The position numbers and the translations under genes are program-made. A DNA stretch of 56,001 nucleotides, counting the filler, from Stramenopiles sp. TOSAG23-2 (Eukaryota), in the NCBI GenBank assembly GCA_900128395.1. It is 5 parts of 5 records of this genome, joined end to end, with 100 filler letters (N's around TTAATTAATTAA, not from the genome) between each part and the next. Parts side by side here need not be neighbours in the genome. Positions count along the whole stretch, not along the records: positions 11,241 to 22,361 come from LT649961.1; positions 22,462 to 33,581 come from LT649962.1; 3 more parts are not named here. One strand, written 5' to 3'. Positions within the stretch are counted from its first letter, which is position 1. Each line of letters opens with the position of its first letter. Shown piece after piece: positions 11,243 to 22,800 of the stretch. The notes beneath the pieces are model-generated. The model was not told the origin of the DNA. It searched no databases and worked only from the letters and a program-made list of their open reading frames with translations.

Positions 11243-12286
11243 CATGTGTTTGGGTTAGATCATGCCATAGAAGCGTTAAAACCATATATATTGCAATGTC
11301 GATTTCCATCATTATTGAAAGGCAAAAGATCAATGGTAAATCATGGAATATTATTATACGGCCCGCAAGGTACTGGAAAATCATATTTAGCAAAAGCAGT
11401 TGCAAAAGAAGCAAAGGCAAAATTAATTATTCCATCTGGTCAAGATTTATTAAAAACTGGTGAAGAAATGTTGAAGAAATTATTTGATCAAGCTCGTCGT
11501 AGTATTATAGAAGAAGTGGTTGATGGAAACGACGATGATCGTTTTCAGTCATCTATATTATTATTTCATCGCATCGATTCATGGCCAGAGAATGTAATTG
11601 AATGTTTTAACGCTGAATTGAAAACAATATCCATTCAACCAATATTTGTAATAGGTACAACAAACATGCCATGGAAGTTAAACAATAGATTAACAAATAG
11701 ATTTTCGTTACGATTATATATTAATTTACCAGATAAAGATGCACGTGTAAAAATATTTAAAATGCAATTAAATAAAGTAAAACATCAATTAAATGAACAT
11801 AGTGATTTTGATGTATTAGCATTATTATCAAACGGATATTCTGGGAAAGATATTAATAATGTTGTAAAAGAAGCATTGATGGAACCAATACGTGAATGTC
11901 AAAAGGCACGTTTTTTTAAAATAACAAATGAACATCAAATGTTAGTACCAGTAATAAAATACCCACCATGTAGTCAATGTCCAATGAAATTTGAAAAAGA
12001 TAAAAAAGAATTGTTATGTAGAACGTCTTGGTCATCCAAACTAAAATATTTGGTTGTTGTAGGTGAATTTACACTATTTACAGGTTCGATACGTATTCAA
12101 GTAACAGATCCAGGATTTCCTTCCAATAAATTACAAATTGGAGATCTATCGTTTTATCATTTGAAAAAAATATTAGAAAGTCGTAGTATGGATAATAATA
12201 AGATGAAGAAAGGTGATTTGAATGGTGGTGTTGATGAAGAAGTGTTGTTGAAACAGTTTGATAAATGGACGGAGGAGTTTGGGTAA
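11243..12286 (+). CDS. VPS4-like AAA+ ATPase, 5'-truncated at contig edge, degenerate Walker B
   Basis: GILLYGPQGTGKSYLAKAVA, RLYINLPD, GYSGKDI, ALMEPIRECQKARFF and C-terminal FDKWTEEFG match VPS4. Walker B reads LLFHRID rather than hhFIDEID. Confidence 0.8.
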   Translation, partial: HVFGLDHAIEALKPYILQCRFPSLLKGKRSMVNHGILLYGPQGTGKSYLAKAVAKEAKAKLIIPSGQDLLKTGEEMLKKLFDQARRSIIEEVVDGNDDDRFQSSILLFHRIDSWPENVIECFNAELKTISIQPIFVIGTTNMPWKLNNRLTNRFSLRLYINLPDKDARVKIFKMQLNKVKHQLNEHSDFDVLALLSNGYSGKDINNVVKEALMEPIRECQKARFFKITNEHQMLVPVIKYPPCSQCPMKFEKDKKELLCRTSWSSKLKYLVVVGEFTLFTGSIRIQVTDPGFPSNKLQIGDLSFYHLKKILESRSMDNNKMKKGDLNGGVDEEVLLKQFDKWTEEFG

Positions 12287-12819
12287 GTGGGTATAAGTGT
12301 CAAAGAGGGTATATTATATTTGCGCCCGTAAATATTACGACGATGTGTTCTCATCTTTAAAATATAATACTTCGTATATTTTTTTAATACTAGTTCGTTT
12401 TATAATATTTTATTTTTTTATATATTATAGTATGCATATATATCGATGGTTAAAATCTACGTAAGTTATAATAATTTTTACACTCTTCTCGTGTTAAGTA
12501 TAATATGCTCAATACTCAATCGCAAGAATAATATTATAATACTCTATCCTACTATAGTAAAGCTCTAACGCACCTCTACAAACTAATACTCTACAAGCAC
12601 GAGTAGGTTTCTATCCTTCCATGCACACTCGTTGAACGGGCTGGACGTCGGATTCATTCGAAAACGGTGAGGTTGTCGAAGTGAAAGATCCTGTTGTGAA
12701 CAACAACCGGTAACTATCCGGAGAAAGATCTTGAAGTGCACGGTTGTGGCAATTATCATATACGATAATACGTTGTCGTATATCAGTACACTTCGTATGA
12801 TGATATCATATATATATAA

Positions 12820-12948
12820 TTTACGCATAATTTATTGTTTTAATTTACTCAGAATGATAATTCCTGTACGTACGTACTTCGTACTCTTCAAAACTTCAAA
12901 AGAATACAATATAACTGAAATAATCTATCTCACACTATGCATAGTGTG
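12820..12948. repeat. Dispersed intergenic repeat, long copy; related copies near 18699-18740, 18772-18810, 21280-21320 and 43787-43892
   Basis: Shared TTTACGCAT...AATTTATTGTTTTAATTTACTC...ATGATAATTCCT...CTCTTCAAAAGAATACAATA...GAAATAATCTATCTCACACTA. Confidence 0.8.
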
Positions 12949-13016
12949 TATCATATTATATGAAAAAGAGTGTGTAAAAATACAGCAGGACCCGCCGTGT
13001 GTGTGTGTGTGTTTTT

Positions 13017-14284
13017 TTAAAATCTTCCATTATTATAATCATCAAATGCTTGCTCTAACTCATCGCGTGTATTCATCACAAATGGTCCATGTGATGCTAT
13101 TGGTTCACCAATAAATGGTTCCCCAGCTAATAATAATACCTTTGCTTTACCATCACCCGTGTATTCATCACAAATGGTCCATGTGATGCTATTGGTTCAC
13201 CAATAAATGGTTCCCCAGCTAATAATAATACCTTTGCTTTACCATCACCATCATCCGTACCTAATGATTTTAAAATAATTTTTGTATTCTCATCATCACG
13301 ATTCATTAATACCACATCTTGTGGCCCAAGTATTTGATCATTTTGTATTTGTATTTTCCCACTACGAACAAAGATAATAACATTATTACCTTTTACCGTA
13401 TCAAATTCATATACATTTGATGTATTATGTATATTTATATCTAACATATCAACTTGGCTAAATGTTTTTGCCGGTCCAATTACACCTTTAAATTGTCCAG
13501 CAATAACACGTACATATCCAGATGTATTGTTATTATTATCATTATTGAATTCGCATGTACCATCATTTTCTTTCTCATCGCTATTATTGTTATTATTATT
13601 ATTATCATCATCATTGGCACAATCTTTATTATTATCATTACTAATGGTCTCCTTCTCCTCATTATTATATATATACAACGGTGAAGATGGAATTTCATTT
13701 GATAAAATTGGTTGATAACGTGGAGTTGTTAATTTGAACTTTTTCGGTAAATTTACCCATAGCTGGCACATTTCTAGAATTCCACCTGTTTTAGCAAATG
13801 TTCTGGAATGAAATTCTTCATGTATAATGCCTTTTGCAGCTGTCATCCATTGCACATCGCCATGCCCAATAATCCCTTTATTACCTTTGTTATCACCATG
13901 TTCCACTTCACCTTGAAATGCAATTGTTACAGTTTCAAATCCACGATGTGGATGTTTACCAACCCCTAATTTTTTTGTAGTTGGTGGAAAATATTTTGGT
14001 TTTCCATAATCAAACATTAGAAATGGTGATAATTCTTCACTAAAAGCTTTATCGGCAAAAACAGGATATACATGAAATCCATTTCCAACCCAGTGTGGTG
14101 ATGGCTTACGCAGTATTTGTTTCACAGATTTCAGCATGTTATTATTATTATTATTATTTGTTATTTTGTTTGAAAATGATAAAATAATATGATTGTTCAA
14201 TGATAAAATTGATAATAATATTGTTGATATAAACAGAGGATAATTGGTAATAAATTTTCGTATGGTGTTATTGTTATTATCCAT
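13017..14284 (-). CDS. Pirin-family bicupin protein; true C-terminus shifted out of frame by a 92-nt duplication
   Basis: Motifs [29 protein letters not shown] and QLWVNLP. Removing one copy of 13066-13157/13158-13249 restores ...[23 protein letters not shown] with the stop at 13017-13019. Confidence 0.92.
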
Positions 14285-14349
14285 TGATATGAGGTAATGC
14301 GTACAGCGCAGAGTTTTCTTAACAGGGATTTACTCTGGCAAGCGGAGAA

Positions 14350-14610
14350 TTATCCAAGCGGGCAAGCTGAGATTTCCAGTTGTTCTTCTGCAACAACAAA
14401 TGTTCATCCGTCTCTTCTTCGATCATCTGCTTCTTCGATCATCTTATCCAAGCGGGCAAGCTGAGATTTCCAGTTGTTCTTCTGCAACAACAAATGTTCA
14501 TCCGTCTCTTCTTCGATCATCTGCTTCTTCGATCATCTGTTTCGCGATCATCTTCTGCTTTCTGCTTCTTCGATCATGTGCTTATTATTATCTGCTTCTT
14601 CGATCTTCGT
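14350..14610. repeat. 94-nt tandem duplication plus a 16-nt (CTTCTTCGATCATCTG) minisatellite
   Basis: 14350-14443 equals 14444-14537; cttcttcgatc recurs about six times. Confidence 0.8.
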
Positions 14611-14930
14611 CACTGCAACTGCACCACTCTTCTATAGACTACTACAGCAACTGCTATACTAATCCTAATTTTGTGCTATCATCCAACTTTTATTCCGGGT
14701 ATAGAAAGATACTGTAGAAAGATATATCATTATTAGGTTAAAATACTAATTGTCTATTTTTATATTAATATATCAGAAATGTATAAATAATTTAAACATT
14801 GTATAATATATGTTTTTATGATATTTTTTTGTAATTCTAATTCGTCGTTTGACTATTCATCTTATTTCTAATACGCCTATTTCTAATTTTCCAATAATTT
14901 TGTGGTTGACTGCGAATAAAAAATTCATTC

Positions 14931-15398
14931 TCAAATTCTAGTGTAGAAGAGTCTTTTGCACTTTTCTTGAATCCATAATTGTTCACCTACGAGAGAATTT
15001 CCACGTTGTGCTTGATGGTAATTTGATGAGCTGCTACTATCTCCATTTTTGGAACTATTATTCATGTCCACAGGACCTCTTGCGAATTTTTCCATGGGGG
15101 GAGAAGATTTTAATAACGATGCGGAATTAAAACGCAATTGTACCGGCTCATAAGATTTCGATTCCGTTGGTACATCATCATCCGTCAAATCAATGTAATT
15201 ACTACTATCATGCAAGTTTGATTCTGGTTCCTCTTGTTGATATTGTTGTTCTCCAACAGTATTGTTACCACTCAAAGCACTACTATTTGTACCATTCATT
15301 GATGAGTCACCCATATACATGGGCAAATTCAAAAACTTAAGAGCATGTTCATGTTGGAGCGAAATATCCTTAGGTAACGAATCATTGTTAGTGTTCAT
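14931..15398 (-). CDS. Hypothetical low-complexity protein (155 aa)
   Basis: ATG-started ORF with host-like Asn/Ser-rich composition and AT-rich flanks; no recognised motif. Confidence 0.45.
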   Translation of the reverse strand: MNTNNDSLPKDISLQHEHALKFLNLPMYMGDSSMNGTNSSALSGNNTVGEQQYQQEEPESNLHDSSNYIDLTDDDVPTESKSYEPVQLRFNSASLLKSSPPMEKFARGPVDMNNSSKNGDSSSSSNYHQAQRGNSLVGEQLWIQEKCKRLFYTRI

Positions 15399-16423
15399 GT
15401 CAAATTACGTTTTTTTTAAATTAATAATTCGATTTGAGTTTGAAACAAAATACTATAATATTATTAAATATATTCTATATTATTTTCTCCGTATATAAAA
15501 TGGAAATACAATAGCTTATATTTCCTCGTTATAATGATGTATATTTGCTGCTTCTTTTTATTCTTGTTGTTATCCGATATTTGTGTATATATATGTAATT
15601 GCGTTTGTATGTAATTGTTTGTGTTTATGGTGATTGATTGTTTATTCAATTGTTACATGTAGTCATTTGTCATTTTAATTTCGTTTTGATGAATGCTGGA
15701 TTGATGATGAAGAAGAAATGATTTCAATGATATTAGCACATTAACATTAAATAATACCAGGTTTTGTACTTAATACAATATTGTTTTCGAAAATGTCAAT
15801 TTTATTTTTCTAATATTTGAAAAAACAGCAAAATTATCCGAAGATACACAAAACATAACAAATATTTTCCCCATAGTGAATAGTGTTACATGTACAGTTT
15901 TGACACGGTTTGCACAGTGTTGGAAGATTTGTATTATGGAGGTGTTTTTAGTTTAACGAAGCTATACAATGTACACAGCATTGTAAAATTTCCTAATGAA
16001 AACATACCGTGCGTTGTTGGCGCCAGAAATTCAAATAAAACCACAACACGAGAAAATTGGCACATTTGTCGCCTCTCCCTATCAAGTTGTTAAATTACAG
16101 TATACTAATATTGCACTTAATTTTATTTTTTTGTTAAATCGGAGGGATTAATGTGAACACTACTATTCCTTATTAAAAATAATAGCACTATAATTGAAAT
16201 AATAATAATATTATAATAATTTTTTCAATAGTAATAATAATCTATAATAATAATAATCAATTTATTATGTAATTAATAACTAAAAACTACTAAGTATTGT
16301 TCCCAATAGATGTCTATATGTCTATGTTACAAGTGTATAATACAAACATTATACAATCAATACAAAACATTATTCAATCAATACTGGTAAAAAAAATAGT
16401 AAAACGAACGATTGGCAATAAAC

Positions 16424-18261
16424 ATGTCGGTCTTATCGTCTTGTATATCAGAAATGCTTCTGCAGGTTACAGAGTATAATTCAGAGGTCAATTATATTAC
16501 AAAATTAATGAAAGATGAAAGTTATCCATCTGACCCGGCATATCGTGCGCAAGATAATAAAATATATGCATATGATCGAAAATGTGCTTTGGAAAGAATG
16601 GGCAAAGTATGGGACAAAATGGGTACACATTATCTTACGGAATATGTTTTCCCCCATGCCTATTTTCATTTTAATAAAATGACGATCAAGCAAATCGATT
16701 TAGAAGTAAGTAAATACGATAAATAATCAACAAAGTGATGTTGTTTTGTCTTTGCGCATTATTACGTTTATCTCTGAAAATATAATTCTACATGTCAATA
16801 TTCCATTTTAACAATCACTAACAAATCATTTTTATATCGGTATAGCATGCAGCAAATATATTAGATCGTGTCTCATCACAACATAAAATTGACTACAATT
16901 TATGTGACAAAACATGGAAAAATAACACGTACAATTATAATATTGTTGCGATCGTGTGTTTGCATATTGTAATGAAATTTAATCATTCATCCGGATATGA
17001 AAACCCGGTGTTTTTAAATTTTCCCGGATATTTAAAAATTTTCAACGATTGTTGCGGTCATGAAGGAAAAAAGATTTTTCAAACATTTTTATCAAATGCA
17101 AAAACAACGGAAGAAAGTAAAAGAACAAGGGAGTTTGTTTATTCAATAATTGATAAATGTGAAAGATTTATACTTCGAATAATTGATTGGCGCATTGCTG
17201 GTCTTAACATAACTCCGCAAAGAATCGTATCGTCATTTTTACATGCAAACTGTATTATACCAAACAAAAATATTAAACGCATGTGTTATAATAAAATAGA
17301 TGATAAAATTGTTGCAAATGTGGATTATACGAACATTGAACAATTTGAAGAAGAAAATAGTAAAATTTTATACGACATGTTAGTTGAAATTATGATGTTC
17401 AATGATGAAGAAAAATTATATTCACCTGATATTTTAGCTATTTCATCCATTATTATGACGATAGCAAAAACTATGACACTTTCCAATTGTTATTCTTTTG
17501 AATATTTTTTTAATTGCATGAAAAAACAATGTAAATATGATGTTATTAAAGATACAAAGATTAAGAGCAAAGTAATATCTTGCTTACGATTGTTTAGAAA
17601 TAAGCAATCGGAATATACTCCATACTTTTCAGATGATGACGACAATAAAGACGATACTTTTTGGCATAATATTGATATTTTAATGGAAAGACATAAAGAT
17701 GAATGCGACGTTACTGAATTATTTCATTGGAATGTTCAAGGCAATATTAATAATAGTAATCATACACCGGTCACGAAATATAATATTACTGATTCAAATA
17801 ATGTCAAAAGAACTGTTACAGGCTTAAATTTCACAACGCAAACTGTTGAAAGAAATATCAAAAAATCGAAACCAGAACGACCTTTCTTAATTAAGCAGAA
17901 AAAAATTAATACAAATGTTCCTTGTCCATATGCAACTGTACATGAGCACCAGCGTCAGCGAGGACGTATGCGGCAAACGCATATTCCAAAAGTTTCAAGA
18001 AAAAAACGTAAATATGAAGATTATTCGATACTTAAAAGCAATGATCGCACTGATACAACAGAACCATCATCGTTGTGGTCAAGCCGTTCGCATAGTTTGC
18101 ACAATGTTAATCCACTTTTTTATCGACCGACCCAAAAGAACAATAAAAAGGCAGATATTGATAGTAATTTACCTCCCAAAAAACACCAAACACGAACTAT
18201 AGCTTATCGTCAAATGATGAAAGCTCTCGAGAAAAACAGTAAACGTAGTAAACGCAAATAA
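16424..18261 (+). CDS. Divergent cyclin (two exons: 16424-16705 and 16846-18261)
   Basis: GTAAGT...CACTAAC...TATAG intron joins the exons in frame, giving cyclin-box elements HAANILDR, IVAIVCLHIVMKF, ERFILRIIDWRI...TP and YSPDILAISSI. Confidence 0.8.
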
Positions 18262-19082
18262 CAGTTCACACGTAAATGACCACATTTTAGGTAATTGTAA
18301 AAATTCGTAGTACGAGTACTCTGCCATTATTTCGCATAACCGGAAGAAAGAAGGTATGATACACGCACACAAAAAAGTCGAAAAAGAAAATTAAAAATAT
18401 TTTTATGATAATTATAATATCAATATATTATATAATATGATATGGGGTTAAAATCTAAAAGTTATATATAATAATTTTACACTTCTTGTGTTAAAGTAAC
18501 GCACACAAAAAAATCGAAAAAGAAAATTAAAATATTTTTATATATAATATATTTAAATAATATATATATATATGATATATATATATGATAAGAGTATTAT
18601 GATGTGGTTTATTACAATCTTGATGGTTAAAATTTAAGTTTTTATTACTCGTGTAATAATATACTCGTATAAAATTTTCTCTTATCATACTTGTATATTT
18701 TACGCATAATTTATTGTTAATTTACTCATGATAATTCCTAAAAAATAATATATATATATGTTACATGCATATACGCATATAATTTATTTTTAATTTACTC
18801 ATGATAATTAATATATATATGAGCTTAGATTTTAACCATCATTTTATGAGTAAGAGAACATTTTATATATATGCATAAGCATATAATATAATATATATAA
18901 TATGCATATGCATATGTATAAATGCATACCATTCATATCATGTATAATGATGTATGCATACACAAAAATTAATTATATATGTGCGTTACCTGTTACAAAT
19001 GCGTTGTAACACTGAACCATCACAAAATCCATACTGTGTTTCTTTTTTCTTTTTTTTAGTTTCACGTATTTATTTACATTTT

Positions 19083-19970
19083 TTACTTAATTCCTTCCGG
19101 AGGATACGATTTCAATCCTGCATTGTTGTTTTCCTGTGGCATACTATTAGTTGCCGCAATTTTACGTACATTTCGTGGTTCAAGTTTTTTTTGCTCCATT
19201 TTTTCTCTCATTGCGTTCTCTTTTACTTTTTTTTTCGCCGAGTTACGTGTTTGTGGTGATTTTGTTTGTAGCTTCCGTTTCCGTGCTGGTGGCGATCTTT
19301 TAGCAGTCGAGTTCCTCAACGCTTCGCTTAATCCGTTATCGCCATCTTGTGGAGCTACCAAGGCACTAATATATGCTCCAATGTCATCAATTGACTCATG
19401 ATCGATAGACATATCTTTGTCTTTGCTGTGCCCAACGTTGTGTTGCAGTTTTCCACATTCAGTTGTTAACGTTGATGTTGTCGTGACTGAACCTCCATTT
19501 TTGAACCCCGTATTGTTTTTTTTGAGCATACGCATGTTATTATTGTTGTCCACAGTCGTAACATTATTCTGTGTTGACGACGCCTTTATCCGTTTGACAC
19601 TGTTAGTGCTATTGCCATCTGTATTGTTTGATTCAGTCACTTTGTGTATAATAATATCAGTACATGGTACTTCCTGCATGGCCTTCGTTATAGTGCGAAT
19701 ATCAATAAAATCAAGGAAATGGGCTGCAACATCATCTTGATTGTTGTTACTATCATTGTTGTTACTATTACTCATACAATTGTTGTTGTTGTTGTCTGAG
19801 TTGCTATTTTTTTTTGATGCTACCGTCTCCGAAGAATTGTTTTTATGACTAATACATGTTGGTACTTCCTGCATGGCCTTCGTTATAGTGCGAATATCAA
19901 TAAAATCAAGGAAATGGGCTGCAACATCATCTTGATTGTTGTTACTATCATTGTTGTTACTATTACTCAT
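19083..19970 (-). CDS. Hypothetical Asn-rich/basic protein with an internal ~110-nt duplication
   Basis: 295-aa ORF; MSNSNNNDSNNNQDDVAAHFLDFIDIRTITKAMQEVP appears twice (period 195 nt); NLS-like RKRK. Confidence 0.5.
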   Translation of the reverse strand: MSNSNNNDSNNNQDDVAAHFLDFIDIRTITKAMQEVPTCISHKNNSSETVASKKNSNSDNNNNNCMSNSNNNDSNNNQDDVAAHFLDFIDIRTITKAMQEVPCTDIIIHKVTESNNTDGNSTNSVKRIKASSTQNNVTTVDNNNNMRMLKKNNTGFKNGGSVTTTSTLTTECGKLQHNVGHSKDKDMSIDHESIDDIGAYISALVAPQDGDNGLSEALRNSTAKRSPPARKRKLQTKSPQTRNSAKKKVKENAMREKMEQKKLEPRNVRKIAATNSMPQENNNAGLKSYPPEGIK

Positions 19971-20519
19971 ACTATTATTGTTGTTGTCGGAATTGCTATT
20001 TTTTCAAAAGATGTTGTTACTTAGAATTGGTTTCTCTTTTATTATGATAATGGAAATACATTTTATTTACTTTTATTGTTAAAAAAATAAACACATGATG
20101 ATTACAGGATATATATTAAGTGCATTACCAGGAGGTAATATATATAATAATAATAATACATGTTGTTTTTAAAGACGACAGGCACACCACCTATAATACA
20201 AGAAGGCATTAGCAACGCATTAGCAACGCATTTTCCTTTATGATAGATGATCTATTTTTAGTAATAGTGCTGTGCACACCTGGCATACTAGTTGCCCAGC
20301 ATGCCCAGCATGCCACAACACCACTCTTTTTTAATGGCGGCTATAATGAACCAGCCACCAGGCCATAGCTAAACACAAGTATAATAAAAGTAAATTAATA
20401 ATCACAATAATAAATAATACGCCAAAATAAGAAAAATAATACATTAATAAAAAATATAATAAAAAATAGAAAATAGATATATGGTATGTATAGATTGAAA
20501 AAGATATATATATAACAAC

Positions 20520-21251
20520 ATGAATCATATTACTGATCATATTACTTATTCTGAACACCTGGAAGAACATAGCAGAATAGCTGAAAGGTATACAAAGTTC
20601 ATACACCATCCTGCATATGATGTCTCTAAACATTTATATCACATCAACCCATTAACATTTAAATCTATTCCTTTCGTTATGGCTCTGGATCTCAAGAATT
20701 ATCAATTAAATTCTAAATTGATTCAAAACAGAAGAACTAGGTTGCCGGTGAATTGTTCTGTAGTGAAATACTATGACTACAATGATAATGCATACAAGGT
20801 GTCATATTGTGATTCAACAATGTGCAGCAATTATGAGCAGTTTGATGTGGATTATAACATCTCTGGACATGGATTTCAAATACGTAATTTTTTGGCATCC
20901 AATAGGGATCACATAAGCGGATGGAAACGGTTGGAGCTTGGAATTCAATTGATTGCTTTATTACGAAGGAGTGCAGGTGTATTGGGAATATCAAGAGTAA
21001 CTGACTTGCACTGTCCTGTGGACAACAAGCAGTATAAAAGGATGGACATAGAACATGTGGATGGTACGTTTACTTCTCTGGACATTATCTCAGTAAATCC
21101 TCTCGCTCAACCTTTCGTTAATACTGGTGGTGGAAAAACAATATTGGATCCACATTGCCCAACATCAAAGGGTATGGGAAAGTGGTGGCCCAATGAGAAT
21201 ATATATGGGACATCATTGCAAGTTTATAGTGTTAATGGAATGACACAATAG
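20520..21251 (+). CDS. Hypothetical protein (243 aa), family not recognised
   Basis: Long ATG ORF with globular composition between very AT-rich flanks. Confidence 0.65.
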   Translation: MNHITDHITYSEHLEEHSRIAERYTKFIHHPAYDVSKHLYHINPLTFKSIPFVMALDLKNYQLNSKLIQNRRTRLPVNCSVVKYYDYNDNAYKVSYCDSTMCSNYEQFDVDYNISGHGFQIRNFLASNRDHISGWKRLELGIQLIALLRRSAGVLGISRVTDLHCPVDNKQYKRMDIEHVDGTFTSLDIISVNPLAQPFVNTGGGKTILDPHCPTSKGMGKWWPNENIYGTSLQVYSVNGMTQ

Positions 21252-21330
21252 TTTAATTATATATAATGTATTATGTATTAATTTATTTTTTATTTTACTC
21301 AATTATATAATAATTCCTACACTATATATA

Positions 21331-22361
21331 TCATATGTTCCATCTTTGTTTACATGTATCGAATTTAATATCATACATTCCATCATCGTTTACACATGTT
21401 ACTTCACCACCGTAATATTTTGTCACCCCTTTTACTTTTGCTTCTACACGATCACCACGACGATGTTTTTTTACCAGTAGATGATTTCTTTTTTGGTGAT
21501 TTGCTACGTTTTGAACGACAATCGTCATAATCAGATTCATCATTGTCTTCATCTTTTCCACCTTTGATTTCAGATGTTTTAACTCCACGTTTACGCTCAC
21601 CATCATCGAATTTAATATCATACGTTCCATCATCGTTTACACGTGTTACTTCACCACCGTAATATTTTGTCACCCCTTTTACTTTTGCTTCTACACGATC
21701 ACCACGACGATGTTTTTTTACCAGTAGATGATTTCTTTTTTGGTGATTTGCTACGTTTTGAACGACAATCGTCATAATCAGATTCATCATTGTCTTCATC
21801 TTTTCCACCTTTGATTTCAGATGTTTTAACTCCACGTTTACGCTCACCATCATCAAATTTAATATCATACGTTCCATCATCGTTTACACGTGTTACTTCA
21901 CCACCGTAATATTTTGTCACCCCTTTTACTTTTGCTTCTACACGATCACCACGACGATGTTTTTTTACCAGTAGATGATTTCTTTTTTGGTGATTTGCTA
22001 CGTTTCGAACGACGATCGTCATAATCAGATTCTTCATCTTTTCCACCTTTGATTTCAGATGTTTTAACTCCACGTTTACGCTCACCATCATCGAATTTAA
22101 TATCATACGTTCCATCATCGTTTACACGTGTTACTTCCCCGCCATAATATTTTGTCCACCCTTTTACTTTTGCTTCTACACGATCTCCACGGCGTATTTT
22201 TTTACCAGTAGATGATTTCTTTTTTGGTGATTTGCTACGTTTCGAACGACGATCGTCATAATCAGATTCTTCATCTTTTCCACCTTTGATTTCAGATGTT
22301 TTAACTCCACGTTTACGCTCACCATCATCGAATTTAATATCATACGTTCCATCATCGTTTA
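21331..22361 (-). repeat. Tandem array (~4.3 units of 238-247 nt) encoding Tudor/Agenet-like domains
   Basis: Unit encodes RGDRVEAKVKG(W/V)TKYYGGEVTRVNDDGTYDIKFDDGERKRGV plus a charged linker; equivalent unit positions at 21451, 21698, 21945 and 22183. Confidence 0.88.
21946..22361 (-). CDS. 3' end of a multi-Tudor-domain protein (5' part beyond the contig edge)
   Basis: Open frame through the intact KGWTKYY unit, ending KKTSSW-TGA at the first +1 frameshift. Confidence 0.55.
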
Positions 22362-22461
22362 NNNNNNNNNNNNNNNNNNNNNNNNNNNNNNNNNNNNNNN
22401 NNNNNTTAATTAATTAANNNNNNNNNNNNNNNNNNNNNNNNNNNNNNNNNNNNNNNNNNNN
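22362..22461. other. Artificial contig linker
   Basis: N44-TTAATTAATTAA-N44. Confidence 0.98.
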
Positions 22462-22768
22462 GTAAGTTGTATTCTTGTTCATTCTTTTTAGCACATATAG
22501 CTTCTAAATGCGTAATTTCTGCTAAGGTAGCACCGGTCAATACGGAACCTGTTAATGAAATAAGAATATGTAATAAAACTATAAAACTTCTCATTCGTTT
22601 TAGACGATAAAACATTGGTGGGATAATCGAAATGACTATAAATAAAAAACTTAGCATAGGAAAATTAAGTTTTGAACATGAGCTAACTTGTTCCGATACA
22701 ATATATTGTATAACTGATGATCCAACGATTGCAATGAATAAAAATCCAAAGATTAAAGGTCTGGTCAT
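22462..22768 (-). CDS. Small multi-pass membrane protein, 3'-truncated at contig edge
   Basis: Three hydrophobic segments in about 100 aa. Confidence 0.6.
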
Positions 22769-22800
22769 AATGTTAAGTTATATATTAATATTACATAGGT

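Noticed and set aside
12590-12800. GC-richer island as a gene or RNA
   Set aside because: No convincing frame or recognisable RNA family; noted only as the interior of the dispersed repeat.
14350-14610. Short repeats resembling a CRISPR array
   Set aside because: No unique spacers of regular length and no cas genes; it is a minisatellite plus a tandem duplication in eukaryotic DNA.
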